The position numbers were made by a program, and so were the translations under genes. 64,000 nucleotides of DNA from Streptosporangiales bacterium (GTDB taxonomy: Bacteria > Actinomycetota > Actinomycetes > Streptosporangiales > WHST01): the NCBI GenBank assembly GCA_050698355.1, contig JBOHBN010000209.1, positions 663 through 64,662 of the forward strand, in the 5' to 3' direction. Position 1 is the first letter of the stretch; each line of letters opens with the position of its first letter. This document shows positions 53,060-63,675 of the stretch, one piece after another. The notes below the pieces were generated by a model. It searched no databases. It was given only the letters and a program-made list of their open reading frames with translations, and was not told the origin of the DNA.

Positions 53060-54190
53060 TCAGGGGGCGCGGTGGCCGACCCACTGGCCGCAGGCGAGCA
53101 CCGCGCGTACGGACAGGTCGGCGTCGAGCACGACCGCGTCGGCGCGCTTGCCCGCCTCGAGGCTGCCCACCCGGTCCGCGAGCCCGAGCGCGGTCGCGGG
53201 CGTGAGGGACGCAGCGCGTACGACCTCCGGCCACGACGCACCGACCTCGCGCACTCCGCGGCGCACTGCCTGGTCCATGGTCAGGGTGCTGCCCGCTATC
53301 GAGTCGCCGTCGGCCAGCCTGGCGACGCCATCCTCGACCCGCACCGCCACCCCACCGAGCATGTACGTGCCCTCGCCGACGCCGGCGGCGCTCATGGCGT
53401 CGGTGACGAGCGCGGCGTTGCTGCTGGCCAGCCCGAAGCCCACGACCCGGTCGTGCAGGTGTACGCCGTCGTTGATCAGCTCGCAGGTGACCTCCGGGGC
53501 CGTGAGGCATGCGAGCACGGGTCCCGGCTCGCGATGGTGCAGACCCCGCATGCCGTTGAACAGGTGCGTGGCGACGGTCGCACCGGCGTCGATGGCCGAC
53601 GCGGTTTGGTCGTACGTCGCGTCGGTGTGCCCGACTGCGGCGATGAGCCCCGCGGCGACGGCGCGGCGTACGAGGTCGACCCCGCCGGGGCGCTCGGGCG
53701 CGATCGTCACCATGCGCGCGTGCCCGCCTGCCGCCTGCACCATCGCGTCCAGGGCGGCCGGGTCCGGTTCGCGCAGGTGCGCGGGGTCCTGGGCGCCGCA
53801 CCGGGCCGCGCTCAGGAACGGGCCCTCGAAGTGGACGCCGGCGACCACCCCTTCCGCGGCGAGCCGGCCGAGCATCGCCCCGTGCGCGGCCAGGTCGGCT
53901 ACGGGTGCGGTGACCAGGCTGGCGAGCAGTGTGGTCGTCCCGTGCCGCAGGTGGAAGCCGGCGACGGACCGCGCCTCCGCCTCGTCACCGGAGGTGAACG
54001 CCGCGCCGCCGCCGCCGTGGCAGTGCATGTCCACCAGGCCCGGGAGCAGGTAGCCGGCCCCGACGTCCACGCGGTGCGGGTCGTCCGGCGGCTCGCCCTC
54101 GCCGACTGCCGCGATGCGGTCGCCGTCGACGCGTACCCAGCCGGCGACCACCCGATCGGGCAGCACGACGTGGGAGCAGATGAGCAGCAT
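53060..54190 (-). CDS. nagA: N-acetylglucosamine-6-phosphate deacetylase
   Basis: GLVDMHCHGGGG, GVHFEGPF, GHTDATY and THLFNGM. ATG 54190 after GGAGGAGAGGA is preferred over 54253. Confidence 0.85.
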   Translation of the reverse strand: MLLICSHVVLPDRVVAGWVRVDGDRIAAVGEGEPPDDPHRVDVGAGYLLPGLVDMHCHGGGGAAFTSGDEAEARSVAGFHLRHGTTTLLASLVTAPVADLAAHGAMLGRLAAEGVVAGVHFEGPFLSAARCGAQDPAHLREPDPAALDAMVQAAGGHARMVTIAPERPGGVDLVRRAVAAGLIAAVGHTDATYDQTASAIDAGATVATHLFNGMRGLHHREPGPVLACLTAPEVTCELINDGVHLHDRVVGFGLASSNAALVTDAMSAAGVGEGTYMLGGVAVRVEDGVARLADGDSIAGSTLTMDQAVRRGVREVGASWPEVVRAASLTPATALGLADRVGSLEAGKRADAVVLDADLSVRAVLACGQWVGHRAP

Positions 54191-54486
54191 GGGCGCATCC
54201 TCTCCTCCCGGGTCGGCGGGACGACGCCCGGGCACGTCGTCGATGGAGTTCACATGGGGTTCCCATGATCACTTGGCAGGGGGCAAACTGGCGAGGCGAC
54301 CGCTCGCGTCGAACACTGATCGCCGACCGCACCGCCGTTCGTCCGCGGGCGGTACAGTTACCGCAACAATCAGTGAGTACGTGGGCGCCGGCGGGCGGTC
54401 GGTCTCGGTGAAGCATTGACCGAAAACGTCGCATCAGCGACCATTACGCTCACGCACGTGCACAGGGTCCGCGAAGGAGCAGGTCT

Positions 54487-55578
<1,092 letters not shown>

Positions 55579-55717
55579 GCCGGTTCATCCGGGTGGGTAG
55601 CTAGGTCCACCCGGATGTGCCGGTCACGACGTCGCCTGCAGGCCGTGAGAAGCAGGAAATGGTCGTGGGAAGTACGCCCGATTCTGGTTGCCGCGGAGGC
55701 TGTTCACCGCCGCTTGG

Positions 55718-56149
55718 TCACAACGGCCGGGCGAAGTGATGCGCGGTGATCCCGTAGCCCGCGTTCAGGTACAGCCGGTGGGCCGGGTGTCGGCCCGGGC
55801 CGACACCGGAGTCCAGGTGCACCTGTGCGCAACCCAGGCGTACGGCCTCGTCGCGGACCCATGCGAGCAGCTGGCGGGCGAGGCCCCGGCCGCGGGCGGA
55901 CGGCATCGTCGAGAGGTCGTCCACGTACACGTGCCGACCCCAGCTCAGGCAGGTTGCCACCCGGAAGCCGGCGACCGCCACGGCGTCGGCGCCCGACCCG
56001 GGAAACGCCCCGACCAGGCGATAACCCTCGGCCCGCTGGACGGTGTCGACCTGCTCGACGAACGCCTCCAGGCTGGCCAGGTGGGGTCGTAGCTCGCGCA
56101 TGGCTGCGTACGCCGCACCCGTATCGGGCGGCACGATCTCCCTCGGCAC
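55718..56149 (-). CDS. GNAT-family N-acetyltransferase
   Basis: 143 aa with VDDLSTMPSARGRGLARQLLAWVRDEAVRLGC (acetyl-CoA binding motif A). Confidence 0.85.
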   Translation of the reverse strand: MPREIVPPDTGAAYAAMRELRPHLASLEAFVEQVDTVQRAEGYRLVGAFPGSGADAVAVAGFRVATCLSWGRHVYVDDLSTMPSARGRGLARQLLAWVRDEAVRLGCAQVHLDSGVGPGRHPAHRLYLNAGYGITAHHFARPL

Positions 56150-56156
56150 TGGGCCA

Positions 56157-56633
56157 TCATCGCACTGGCTCGCGCGCCGGGGTGCGCAAGAGGTTCACGG
56201 CCAGCAGGATGAACGCGGCGGTGAACAGGGCGAAGCCGACGGCGTGCCCCAGCTCCCACCGATCCCGCAGCGCGGCCCACCCCGCCGGTACGGCGCCGGA
56301 CCCGTGCACGGGGAATTGGAGGTTCACCGGGTACACGATGGTGAGGAACGTGATCAGCGCGATTACTTCCAGCGCGGCGGCGGCTGTTACCAGCCCGCGC
56401 GACGACCGTTCCTTGCGTAGTGCGACGGCCAACGCGACGCTCGCGACGATGGCGAGCACGTAGATCACGCTGCCGACGTTGCCGAACCAGATGTACAGCG
56501 ACTCCTGCAGCCGTACGTACAGCGCTGCAGGGTAGTGCGTCTTCGGCTGCCATTCCAGGACGTGCGCGAACTCGAGGCCCATCGTACACGCCGACAGGAG
56601 CATTGCGCCGAAGTAGATACCGCGACGCAGCAT
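56157..56633 (-). CDS. DUF1772-like four-TM membrane protein
   Basis: 158 aa with four hydrophobic helices. The family call is from memory. Confidence 0.5.
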   Translation of the reverse strand: MLRRGIYFGAMLLSACTMGLEFAHVLEWQPKTHYPAALYVRLQESLYIWFGNVGSVIYVLAIVASVALAVALRKERSSRGLVTAAAALEVIALITFLTIVYPVNLQFPVHGSGAVPAGWAALRDRWELGHAVGFALFTAAFILLAVNLLRTPAREPVR

Positions 56634-56773
56634 GGTCCCCGCCCTTCGATCCGATCAGCTGTTGTACGAATGGTGCAGCTGCACGAGGCCGTGCGCATCG
56701 GGGAGATCCCGGTTTCTGACCCGGAAACCGCGCCCGCGGCCGGCCGACCCCGGCTGTGGGATCATCGTCTCCT

Positions 56774-57736
56774 ATGGGAGAACGCGTCGTCCCGTCTGTC
56801 GAAGAGATCGAGTACGCCGCCGACGAGCTGGACCCGGTGTTCGCCGACTCGCCGCTGCTGACCGGCACCACCCTGGATGATCTGGGGACGCGTATCGCGG
56901 TCAAGGTCGAAACGCTGAACCCGATCAGGTCGTTCAAGGGTCGCGGGGCGATGACCTGGATGCGGCAGGTCGGCGCCGGCGCACCCGGAGTGGTGTGCGC
57001 CTCGGCGGGCAACTTCGGCCAGGGCCTCGCGTACGCGGCCCGCCGCGCCGGGGCCCGCTGCGACGTCTTCGTCGGCGAGTCCGCGAACCCGGCCAAGGTG
57101 GACGCCATTCGCCGGCTCGGTGCGCAGGTCGAGGTCGGTGGTGCGGACTACGACGCGGCGATCGACACCGCACGGAGTTTCGCCGCGGACAACGACCTCC
57201 GCTTCGTCCAGGACGGCCGCGACCCGTGGATCTCCGCCGGAGCCGCGACGATGGCCGTGGAGACGACCCGGGCAGGTGTCGTACCGGACGTCGCGGTCGT
57301 GCCGGTCGGCAACAGCGCGCTGATCCTGGGGATCGCGCGATGGTTGCGCCACCAGTCTCCCGGTGTGCGCATCGTCGGCGTGTGCGCCGAAGCTGCCCCG
57401 GCACCGGCCCTGTCCTGGCGGCGGGGCGCGCCCGTAGCGGCACAGGCGAACACCGTGGCGGACGGCATCGGCATCGGCGCGCCGTTTCCCGAATCGGTGG
57501 CCGCGATGGGTGATCTGGTCGACGCCATGGTGCTGGTCAGCGAGCCCGAGCTCACGGCGGCGAGCCGCCAGGTCGCAGCCGACCTCGGCCTGCTGGTCGA
57601 GGCGGCCGGCGTCGCCGGCGTGGCGGCGCTGCGGGCGGACCCCGAGGCGTATGAGGGCCGCACCGTGTTCACCCCGCTGTGCGGCGCGCACCTGCCACCC
57701 GACGCCATCCAGTGGGGGCCGGGCTGGCGTCTGTGA
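56774..57736 (+). CDS. PLP-dependent threonine/serine dehydratase family protein
   Basis: KVETLNPIRSFKGRGA (PLP Lys), SAGNFGQGLAYAA and VPVGNSALILG. Confidence 0.8.
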   Translation: MGERVVPSVEEIEYAADELDPVFADSPLLTGTTLDDLGTRIAVKVETLNPIRSFKGRGAMTWMRQVGAGAPGVVCASAGNFGQGLAYAARRAGARCDVFVGESANPAKVDAIRRLGAQVEVGGADYDAAIDTARSFAADNDLRFVQDGRDPWISAGAATMAVETTRAGVVPDVAVVPVGNSALILGIARWLRHQSPGVRIVGVCAEAAPAPALSWRRGAPVAAQANTVADGIGIGAPFPESVAAMGDLVDAMVLVSEPELTAASRQVAADLGLLVEAAGVAGVAALRADPEAYEGRTVFTPLCGAHLPPDAIQWGPGWRL

Positions 57737-57849
57737 ACCCGGTGGTCCGCTCCCGGTCGAGCGCTGTCGGCGCCGCCCCATAAGGTACTAACGTCTTAGG
57801 CGCGACCGCAGCGGCTGAATGACAGCGCTGTGGTTCACGCTGTACGATG

Positions 57850-57938
57850 CTAGGGAGATCATTAGTTGTCCGACAATCGAGGCCTACTGGTCTGCAGCAA
57901 TATCGTCTCGACGGTCCAGCCAGTAATGATCTCCCTAG
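57850..57938 (+). ncRNA. Copy 2 of the ~90-nt rod-like hairpin element, sense to the downstream DUF3263 gene
   Basis: 15-bp terminal arms CTAGGGAGATCATTA/TAATGATCTCCCTAG. It ends 40 nt before the ATG at 57979. Confidence 0.5.
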
Positions 57939-57978
57939 TAGGGCCGAACCCCGACCCGCAGTCGCCGGAGGATCGCAG

Positions 57979-58272
57979 ATGGACGCGACCGCACGAACGC
58001 ACGAGGACGCCCCGATGACCGGCGAGCTGTCGGATCGCGACGTCGAGATGCTCGCGTTCGAGCGGCGGTGGTGGAAGTACGCCGGCGCCAAGGAGCAGGC
58101 GGTGCGTGACCTGTTCGGCATGTCGGGCACCCGCTACTACCAGGTCCTCAATGCCCTCATCGACCACCCGGAGGCCCTCGCCCACGACCCGATGCTGGTC
58201 AAGCGGCTGCGCCGGATGCGGTCGGCCCGGCAGCGCGCCAGGTCGGAGCGCCGCCTCGGCACCGGCAGCTAG
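57979..58272 (+). CDS. DUF3263-like small protein
   Basis: 97 aa MDATARTHEDAPMTGELSDRDVEMLAFERRWWKYAGAKEQAVRDLFGMSGTRYYQVLNALIDHPEAL. ATG after GGAGGAT. The upstream 44 codons of the track ORF are the repeat element. Confidence 0.65.
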   Translation: MDATARTHEDAPMTGELSDRDVEMLAFERRWWKYAGAKEQAVRDLFGMSGTRYYQVLNALIDHPEALAHDPMLVKRLRRMRSARQRARSERRLGTGS

Positions 58273-58435
58273 GACTGTCTGGCAATGACTGTCCGGCTCG
58301 CGACTCCCCGCATCGCCGCTGGCTGCGTTGTCCTCGTCCCAAGTGCTCCAGTACGAGGTCGTCGTCCGCCTTGCCAGCAGCGCGCGGATGAGCCGCTCGC
58401 TTCTCGAACGCCATTACCAGACATGCCCTAGCAGG

Positions 58436-58825
58436 TCAGGCGCTGTACTCCTGCTGGCAGCCCGGGCAGAACCGGGCATGCGGGATGACCTCCAACCGCT
58501 CCACAGTGATCGGCTCGCCGCAGCGCGTGCACGTACCGTAGCTGCCCTGGTCGATCCGGTGCAGGGCGTCCCTCGTCTCGTCCAGCGTCCATTGCGCAGC
58601 TCGCTCCAGCTCCGCGTCGACCTGGCGTCGGGCCGCGGAGCCCTCACTGCCGTTGATCGCGTACAGCTCGCGCAGCTGCTCGCTACGGAACGCGACCTGA
58701 GCCTCGAGTTGCTCGCGCAAGCTGGGCAGCAGCGCAGCGAGGCGCTCGCGCCGCGGCAAGGTCGCGGTCGCCTCGTCATCCATGTCATAGCCGGTCGAAC
58801 CCGGCTGGTCGGTCTTCGTTGCCAT
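58436..58825 (-). CDS. DksA/TraR-family C4 zinc-finger protein
   Basis: Start at ATG 58825 after GGAGCGGGA. Coiled coil plus CTRCGEPITVERLEVIPHARFCPGCQ. Confidence 0.8.
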   Translation of the reverse strand: MATKTDQPGSTGYDMDDEATATLPRRERLAALLPSLREQLEAQVAFRSEQLRELYAINGSEGSAARRQVDAELERAAQWTLDETRDALHRIDQGSYGTCTRCGEPITVERLEVIPHARFCPGCQQEYSA

Positions 58826-58881
58826 TCCCGCTCCGATCGGTTTCCGACCACGCGCTACCAACGGGGTAGCGCTCGCACACG

Positions 58882-59217
58882 TCAAGCGGTGCGGGGCGGT
58901 GCACGAGACGGTGCCGCGGCGAGACACACCCGGCGACGGCCGCGAACGGTCACCGCCCCAGTGGCAATGGCCACGAGGACGGCTCCGAGCACGATCGCGG
59001 TCGGCAGCGGTCCCGCTGGCGCGGGTGTCTTATCCACAGCGACGCGGACCGGGACGATCGTCGTGGCCTTGACCAGCTTGCCCCCGCCGTGCATCGCCGT
59101 GCTGGCGGGACCGGCCGGTCCCGCGTCCGCCAGGGCGTGGACGGGAAGGAGCACGCCGGCCACCGCGAACAGCAGTACCGCGGCCGCTGTGCGGACCGGG
59201 CTGCTCACCTGGGCCAT
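58882..59217 (-). CDS. Hypothetical secreted / C-terminally anchored small protein
   Basis: MAQVSSPVRTAAAVLLFAVAGVLLPVHALA (signal). C-terminal LPTAIVLGAVLVAIATGAVTVRGRRR (TM plus basic tail). I recognise no family. Confidence 0.4.
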   Translation of the reverse strand: MAQVSSPVRTAAAVLLFAVAGVLLPVHALADAGPAGPASTAMHGGGKLVKATTIVPVRVAVDKTPAPAGPLPTAIVLGAVLVAIATGAVTVRGRRRVCLAAAPSRAPPRTA

Positions 59218-59405
59218 GCCCAACACCGTACGCGGACGATCCGACAAGTGGATAGAGCTCGTGCTGTGAGTTCCCTGGGAGTTCACCTCCGCTCGCCGGG
59301 TACGGTGGCGAGGTGTCTGCAGGTGATGCGTGCGTAGGAACGTGCTGGGAATCTGCTGGTCACTGCTGGGTTAACCTTGGGCAGACGACAGGCAGGGGCA
59401 AGTGA

Positions 59406-60260
59406 GTGGCGGGGCCACAAGGGTTTGAGGCTGAGTCGAGTTTCCCAGCATGTTCCAAGGCGGGCCGGGAGGGGCTGAGCACGATCCGGGCCGCTCCCGA
59501 GCACGCGCTGGTCGCCCTGGACTTCGACGGCACCCTCGCCCCGATCGTCTCCGACCCCACCCAGGCGCGCCCGGTCGAGGGCACGCTGGAGACCCTCGCG
59601 CGGCTCGCCGCAACCGTCGGCACCGTCGCTGTGCTGACCGGCAGGCCCGCCCGCACCGCCGTGGAGTACACGGGACTTGCCGAGCTCACCGGCGCGGCCG
59701 GGTTGCTCGTGCTCGGCCACTACGGGCTGGACCGCTGGGAGGCGGCGACGGGCTCGTACCATGCCGCGCCCGCACCCGCGGGGCTCGCCGCCGCGCATGC
59801 CGAGCTACCCGGCGTGCTGGACGCTGCCGACCTCCCGCCGGGCGTCACGGTCGAGGACAAGGGGGTCTCGGTGGCCGTGCACACCCGCAGGTCCGCCGAC
59901 CCCGCCGCGGCGATGACCGCCCTGCAGGGACCGCTCGCCGCGCTCGCCGAGCGCCACGACCTCACCGTGCAGCCCGGCCGGATGGTCGTGGAGCTGCGGG
60001 GCCACGGGTCGGACAAGGGCGCCGCGCTCGCGGCGCTCGTCGCCGAACGGGAGGCACGGTCGGTGCTGTTCGCCGGCGACGACCTCGGCGACGTGCCCGC
60101 GTTCGACACGGTGGAGAGGCTGCGCGCGGCAGGGACGCCCGGCGTCACCGTCGCGAGCGCCGGCCCGGAACCCGTACCAGCCCTGTCCGACCGCGCCGAC
60201 CTCGTCCTCGACGGGCCGTCCGCCGTCGTCGCCTACCTGCGCACACTTGTCAGTGCCTGA
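59406..60260 (+). CDS. otsB: Trehalose-6-phosphate phosphatase (HAD family)
   Basis: LDFDGTLAPIV (HAD motif I), VLTGRP, GSDKGAAL and FAGDDLGD. The GTG start is uncertain. Confidence 0.8.
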   Translation: MAGPQGFEAESSFPACSKAGREGLSTIRAAPEHALVALDFDGTLAPIVSDPTQARPVEGTLETLARLAATVGTVAVLTGRPARTAVEYTGLAELTGAAGLLVLGHYGLDRWEAATGSYHAAPAPAGLAAAHAELPGVLDAADLPPGVTVEDKGVSVAVHTRRSADPAAAMTALQGPLAALAERHDLTVQPGRMVVELRGHGSDKGAALAALVAEREARSVLFAGDDLGDVPAFDTVERLRAAGTPGVTVASAGPEPVPALSDRADLVLDGPSAVVAYLRTLVSA

Positions 60261-60292
60261 TCGAGTCATAGGTCGATGAGACACTGACAACC

Positions 60293-61336
60293 TCAGTGAC
60301 CGCGGAGGACCTCGGGGTTGACGCAGTGCTGCAGGGGCTCGCCGCGTACGTACCGGCCGACCTCCGCGGCGACGCTGCTCGCGGCCTTCTGCGCGGTCTG
60401 CTTGCTCGCGCCCGCCAGGTGCGGGGTCAGCACCGTACGCGGTGCCTTGCGCAGCCGCGCGCCTGCCGGTAGCGGCTCCTCGGGGTAGACGTCGAGCGCG
60501 GCGGCGAACAGCTTGCCGACCTCGAGGGCGTCGCAGAGCGCGTCGTAGTCGAGCAGCGCGCCGCGCGCGGCGTTCACCAGGATCGCCCCGTCGGGCAGGT
60601 GTGCGATCTGGTCCGCGCCGATGAGTCCCCTCGTCTCCGGGGTGAGGCGCGCGTGCAGCGTGATGATCCGCGACCGGGAGAGCAGTTCGTCGAGCGAGCC
60701 GACCGCCTCGGCCGCGTCCGGCAGCGTTACCCGGTCCACGTACGGGTCGTGCACCAGGACGTTGGCGCCGAAGCCGGCGAGCATCCGCGCGACGCGGCTG
60801 CCGATCGCGCCGTAACCGACGAGCCCGACGATGCTGTTTTCCAGTTCCGGGCCGACCTGGTCGTAGCGGTAGTAGTCGCTGCGCCAGTCACCGGCGAGCA
60901 GCTCCGCCTGCCGCTGCGGAACCTGGCGTACGGCGGCGAGGATCAGCGCCAAGGTGTGCTCCGCGGTCGCGGTGGCGTTGCGCCCCGGCGCGTTGCACAC
61001 CGCCACCCCGCGTGCCGTGGCCGCATCCAGGTTGGCGTTGACCGGGCCGCCCCTCCCGATGCAGGCCAGCCGCAGTGTCCGGCACGATGCGAGTACACGC
61101 TCGGTCAGCGGTGCCTGGTGCATCACGCACACCTCCGCGTCGCCGAGCGCGTCGATGACCTGCTGCTCGGTGCCGGTCGCCTCGTCCACCTCGGCGACCG
61201 GGCCGAACGGCTCGGTCGGCCACGGGAAGGCCAGCTCGCGTACGTCGATGTCGTCGCCGAGCTCGCGGGTGAGCGCGTCGCGCAGCAGCGAGGGGAGGAC
61301 GAACTCGTCGCCCGCGGCGAGTACGCGCAGTGTCAT
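60293..61336 (-). CDS. D-isomer-specific 2-hydroxyacid (phosphoglycerate-type) dehydrogenase
   Basis: 347 aa with VGLVGYGAIGSRVARMLAGFGANV, VNAARGALLD and PHLAGAS. Confidence 0.85.
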   Translation of the reverse strand: MTLRVLAAGDEFVLPSLLRDALTRELGDDIDVRELAFPWPTEPFGPVAEVDEATGTEQQVIDALGDAEVCVMHQAPLTERVLASCRTLRLACIGRGGPVNANLDAATARGVAVCNAPGRNATATAEHTLALILAAVRQVPQRQAELLAGDWRSDYYRYDQVGPELENSIVGLVGYGAIGSRVARMLAGFGANVLVHDPYVDRVTLPDAAEAVGSLDELLSRSRIITLHARLTPETRGLIGADQIAHLPDGAILVNAARGALLDYDALCDALEVGKLFAAALDVYPEEPLPAGARLRKAPRTVLTPHLAGASKQTAQKAASSVAAEVGRYVRGEPLQHCVNPEVLRGH

Positions 61337-61355
61337 GCCTTGTGCAGCCCTTCGT

Positions 61356-62000
61356 TCAGCGGCGGTCGCCGGCCGGCCCGCCGTACCTGTCGTTGAGGTC
61401 GGTCGGGGTGTTGTACTCCAGCAGAGACACCCGGTCGCCGCGGACGAGCACCTCGGTGAGCCCGCAGTTGCGGATGAACGGGAACACGCGGCGGTACTCG
61501 CTGAGCGGAAGGCCGAGCAGCCGGCACAGCATGAGCCGGATCAGCGTGGTGTGCGCGACGACGAGCACCCGGCCGGTGCACTGGGCGCCGCAGATGTCGT
61601 GCAGCGCCGCCATCCCGCGCTCGACCGCCTTCTTGGGCTCTTCGCCGCCGGGCAGCGGGCTGTTCGCCGGATCCTCGACGAACGCCGCGTACGCCTCCGG
61701 GAACCGATCCCGCATCTGGGCGGTGGTGAGGCCCTCGGCGTCGCCGAAGTCCAGTTCGCGCAGCCGCGGGTCGATGCGCAGCTCGAGATCGGCGACGTCG
61801 ACGCACGGTTGCGCGGTGTCCCGCGCGCGACCCAGGTCGGACGACACCACACCGTCGAGCCCCGCGCGTGCGGCCCACTGCGCGAGCAGCCAGGCCTGCG
61901 CCTGACCGCGGTCGGTGAGCGGCACGTCGGTGCGGCCGGTGTACCGGTTCTCCGCATGTGTGGTGGTTTCGCCGTGCCGGACGAGGATGAGGTTGGTCAC
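61356..62000 (-). CDS. Histidine phosphatase (phosphoglycerate-mutase-like) family protein
   Basis: GTG 62000 after AAGAGGTGGG. LILVRHGET (RHG motif) and VVAHTTLIR. Confidence 0.8.
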   Translation of the reverse strand: MTNLILVRHGETTTHAENRYTGRTDVPLTDRGQAQAWLLAQWAARAGLDGVVSSDLGRARDTAQPCVDVADLELRIDPRLRELDFGDAEGLTTAQMRDRFPEAYAAFVEDPANSPLPGGEEPKKAVERGMAALHDICGAQCTGRVLVVAHTTLIRLMLCRLLGLPLSEYRRVFPFIRNCGLTEVLVRGDRVSLLEYNTPTDLNDRYGGPAGDRR

Positions 62001-62178
62001 GAGGCGTCCCACCTCTTTCCGAATGAGGCTCTCCGAATCACCCACACAAGTGACCGGAGAACCCCAATTGACCACGTTATGGATGCGTAGCCGGCCCTCT
62101 CGATGCCTGCAGCCATCGAGAAGGCGGAGTAAGCCCACATAACGTGGTCATTTGGATAAGGGCTGTGCTGGTGCGCGG

Positions 62179-63675
62179 TCATGTATGCCCCATTCTTCCC
62201 CGAGCGTGCGCGGCGACATGCTCGGCCAGCCACCCGCGCGCGGCCAGCTCGTCGACAAGGCGTAGGTACGGCCCGTGGAATGCGGCGGCCTTGCCCGTGC
62301 GCGGTTCGACGGTCCCCGCCGGGCGGACCATGCCGGCGGCGTACGTGGCGAGCGGTGACTGGTTGCCCGCGTCGGCTCCCGCGCCGTACGCGGCGAGCAC
62401 GGCCATGCCGAGCGCCGGTTCGGCGTTCTCCACCAGCGTCAACGGCCGTTCGAGCACGTCCGCGCGGACCTGGCGGACGTACGGGCTCCGGGTGCTGCCG
62501 CCGGTCAGGACCACCCGGCCGCCGGTCGGCGCGCCGAGCAGGTCGAGGTAGTCGAAGCAGAGGCGTTCCACGTACGCGATGCCTTGCACAAGCGCGGCGT
62601 ACAGCTCGGCGTCGCTCTCGGGCCGGCCTAGGACGAACCCGGTTGCGTCGGGTGCGACGAACGGGAACCGCTCGCCGCGAGCGGACGCCAACGGGTACGC
62701 GAGCGCGCTGCTGGGCTCGTACTCGGGTGCCGCCTGTGCGAGGGCGTCCAGGTCGCGACCCGGAAGCTGGGCGGTGATGGCGCCCGCCCCGCTGCTCGAC
62801 GCGCCGCCGGGCAGCCAGGCGCCGTCCGGCGACCGGTGCGAGTAGACGGCGCCGTACGGGTCGCGTACGAGCTCCGGCACGACCCCCTTGAGCACAAGCG
62901 TGGTGCCGAGGACGGAGTTCCAGGAACCGGGCTCCAGCGCGCCGGAGCCGAGCTGGGCAGCGCACCCGTCGGTCATGCCCGCCACGATGAGCGCTTGTTG
63001 CGGCAACCCGGTCGCGTCGCTCGCGGCAGGGGAGACCCGGCCGACGGGCGTGCCGGGCAGCACCAGGCCGGGCAGCATCCGCGTGGGCACGGCTAGCTGG
63101 TCGAGCAGGTCGCCCGGCCAGGTCAGGTCCCTCGCGTCGCAGCCGGTCTTGAGTGCGGTGCTGGTGTCGACAGGGACGACCCGCCCGGCGAGCAGGCCCG
63201 TGATGTAGTCGCCCTGGTGCGCGACCCGTGCCGCGTCAGGAGGGGGCTGGTGGCGCAGCAACCAGGCGAGCTTCGGCAGCGCCCACGCCGGTTGCATGCG
63301 CCCGTAGCCGAGAGCGGTCCAGAGCTCGCGGCCGGCCTCGCTGATCTCCGCGGCTTCATCGACCGCGCGGATGTCGTCGTACATCAACCCGGGCGTGACG
63401 GCGTCACCGTTCGCGTCGGTCAGGAGCACGGTGCCGGAGGTCGCGTCGACCGCGACCGCCCGCACCGCATCGGCGGGCACGCCCGCCAGCGCCTTCGTGC
63501 AGGCGGTTGTCACCGCGTCCCCCCACTGGCCGGGGTCCTGCTCGTGCCGCGGCCCGTCGCGGCGGCTCGTGAGCGGCGCGCTCCCGGCACCGTGCACCTC
63601 ACCGTCGGCGTCGACGACGAGAGCGCGAACGCTCTGCGTACCCACGTCGATGCCGGCGTACAGGTCGGTCGCCAT
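62179..63675 (-). CDS. FGGY-family carbohydrate kinase
   Basis: 498 aa MATDLYAGIDVGTQSVRALVVD..., with C-terminal LTGGSTRSP. Confidence 0.85.
   Translation of the reverse strand: MATDLYAGIDVGTQSVRALVVDADGEVHGAGSAPLTSRRDGPRHEQDPGQWGDAVTTACTKALAGVPADAVRAVAVDATSGTVLLTDANGDAVTPGLMYDDIRAVDEAAEISEAGRELWTALGYGRMQPAWALPKLAWLLRHQPPPDAARVAHQGDYITGLLAGRVVPVDTSTALKTGCDARDLTWPGDLLDQLAVPTRMLPGLVLPGTPVGRVSPAASDATGLPQQALIVAGMTDGCAAQLGSGALEPGSWNSVLGTTLVLKGVVPELVRDPYGAVYSHRSPDGAWLPGGASSSGAGAITAQLPGRDLDALAQAAPEYEPSSALAYPLASARGERFPFVAPDATGFVLGRPESDAELYAALVQGIAYVERLCFDYLDLLGAPTGGRVVLTGGSTRSPYVRQVRADVLERPLTLVENAEPALGMAVLAAYGAGADAGNQSPLATYAAGMVRPAGTVEPRTGKAAAFHGPYLRLVDELAARGWLAEHVAAHARGRMGHT

Noticed and set aside
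58273-58435. Short direct repeat GACTGTC...GACTGTC and a 313-aa plus-strand track ORF (58328-59269) between the DUF3263 and DksA-like genes.
   Set aside because: The ORF is antisense to two supported minus-strand genes and has shadow composition. The 7-nt repeat is within chance expectation.
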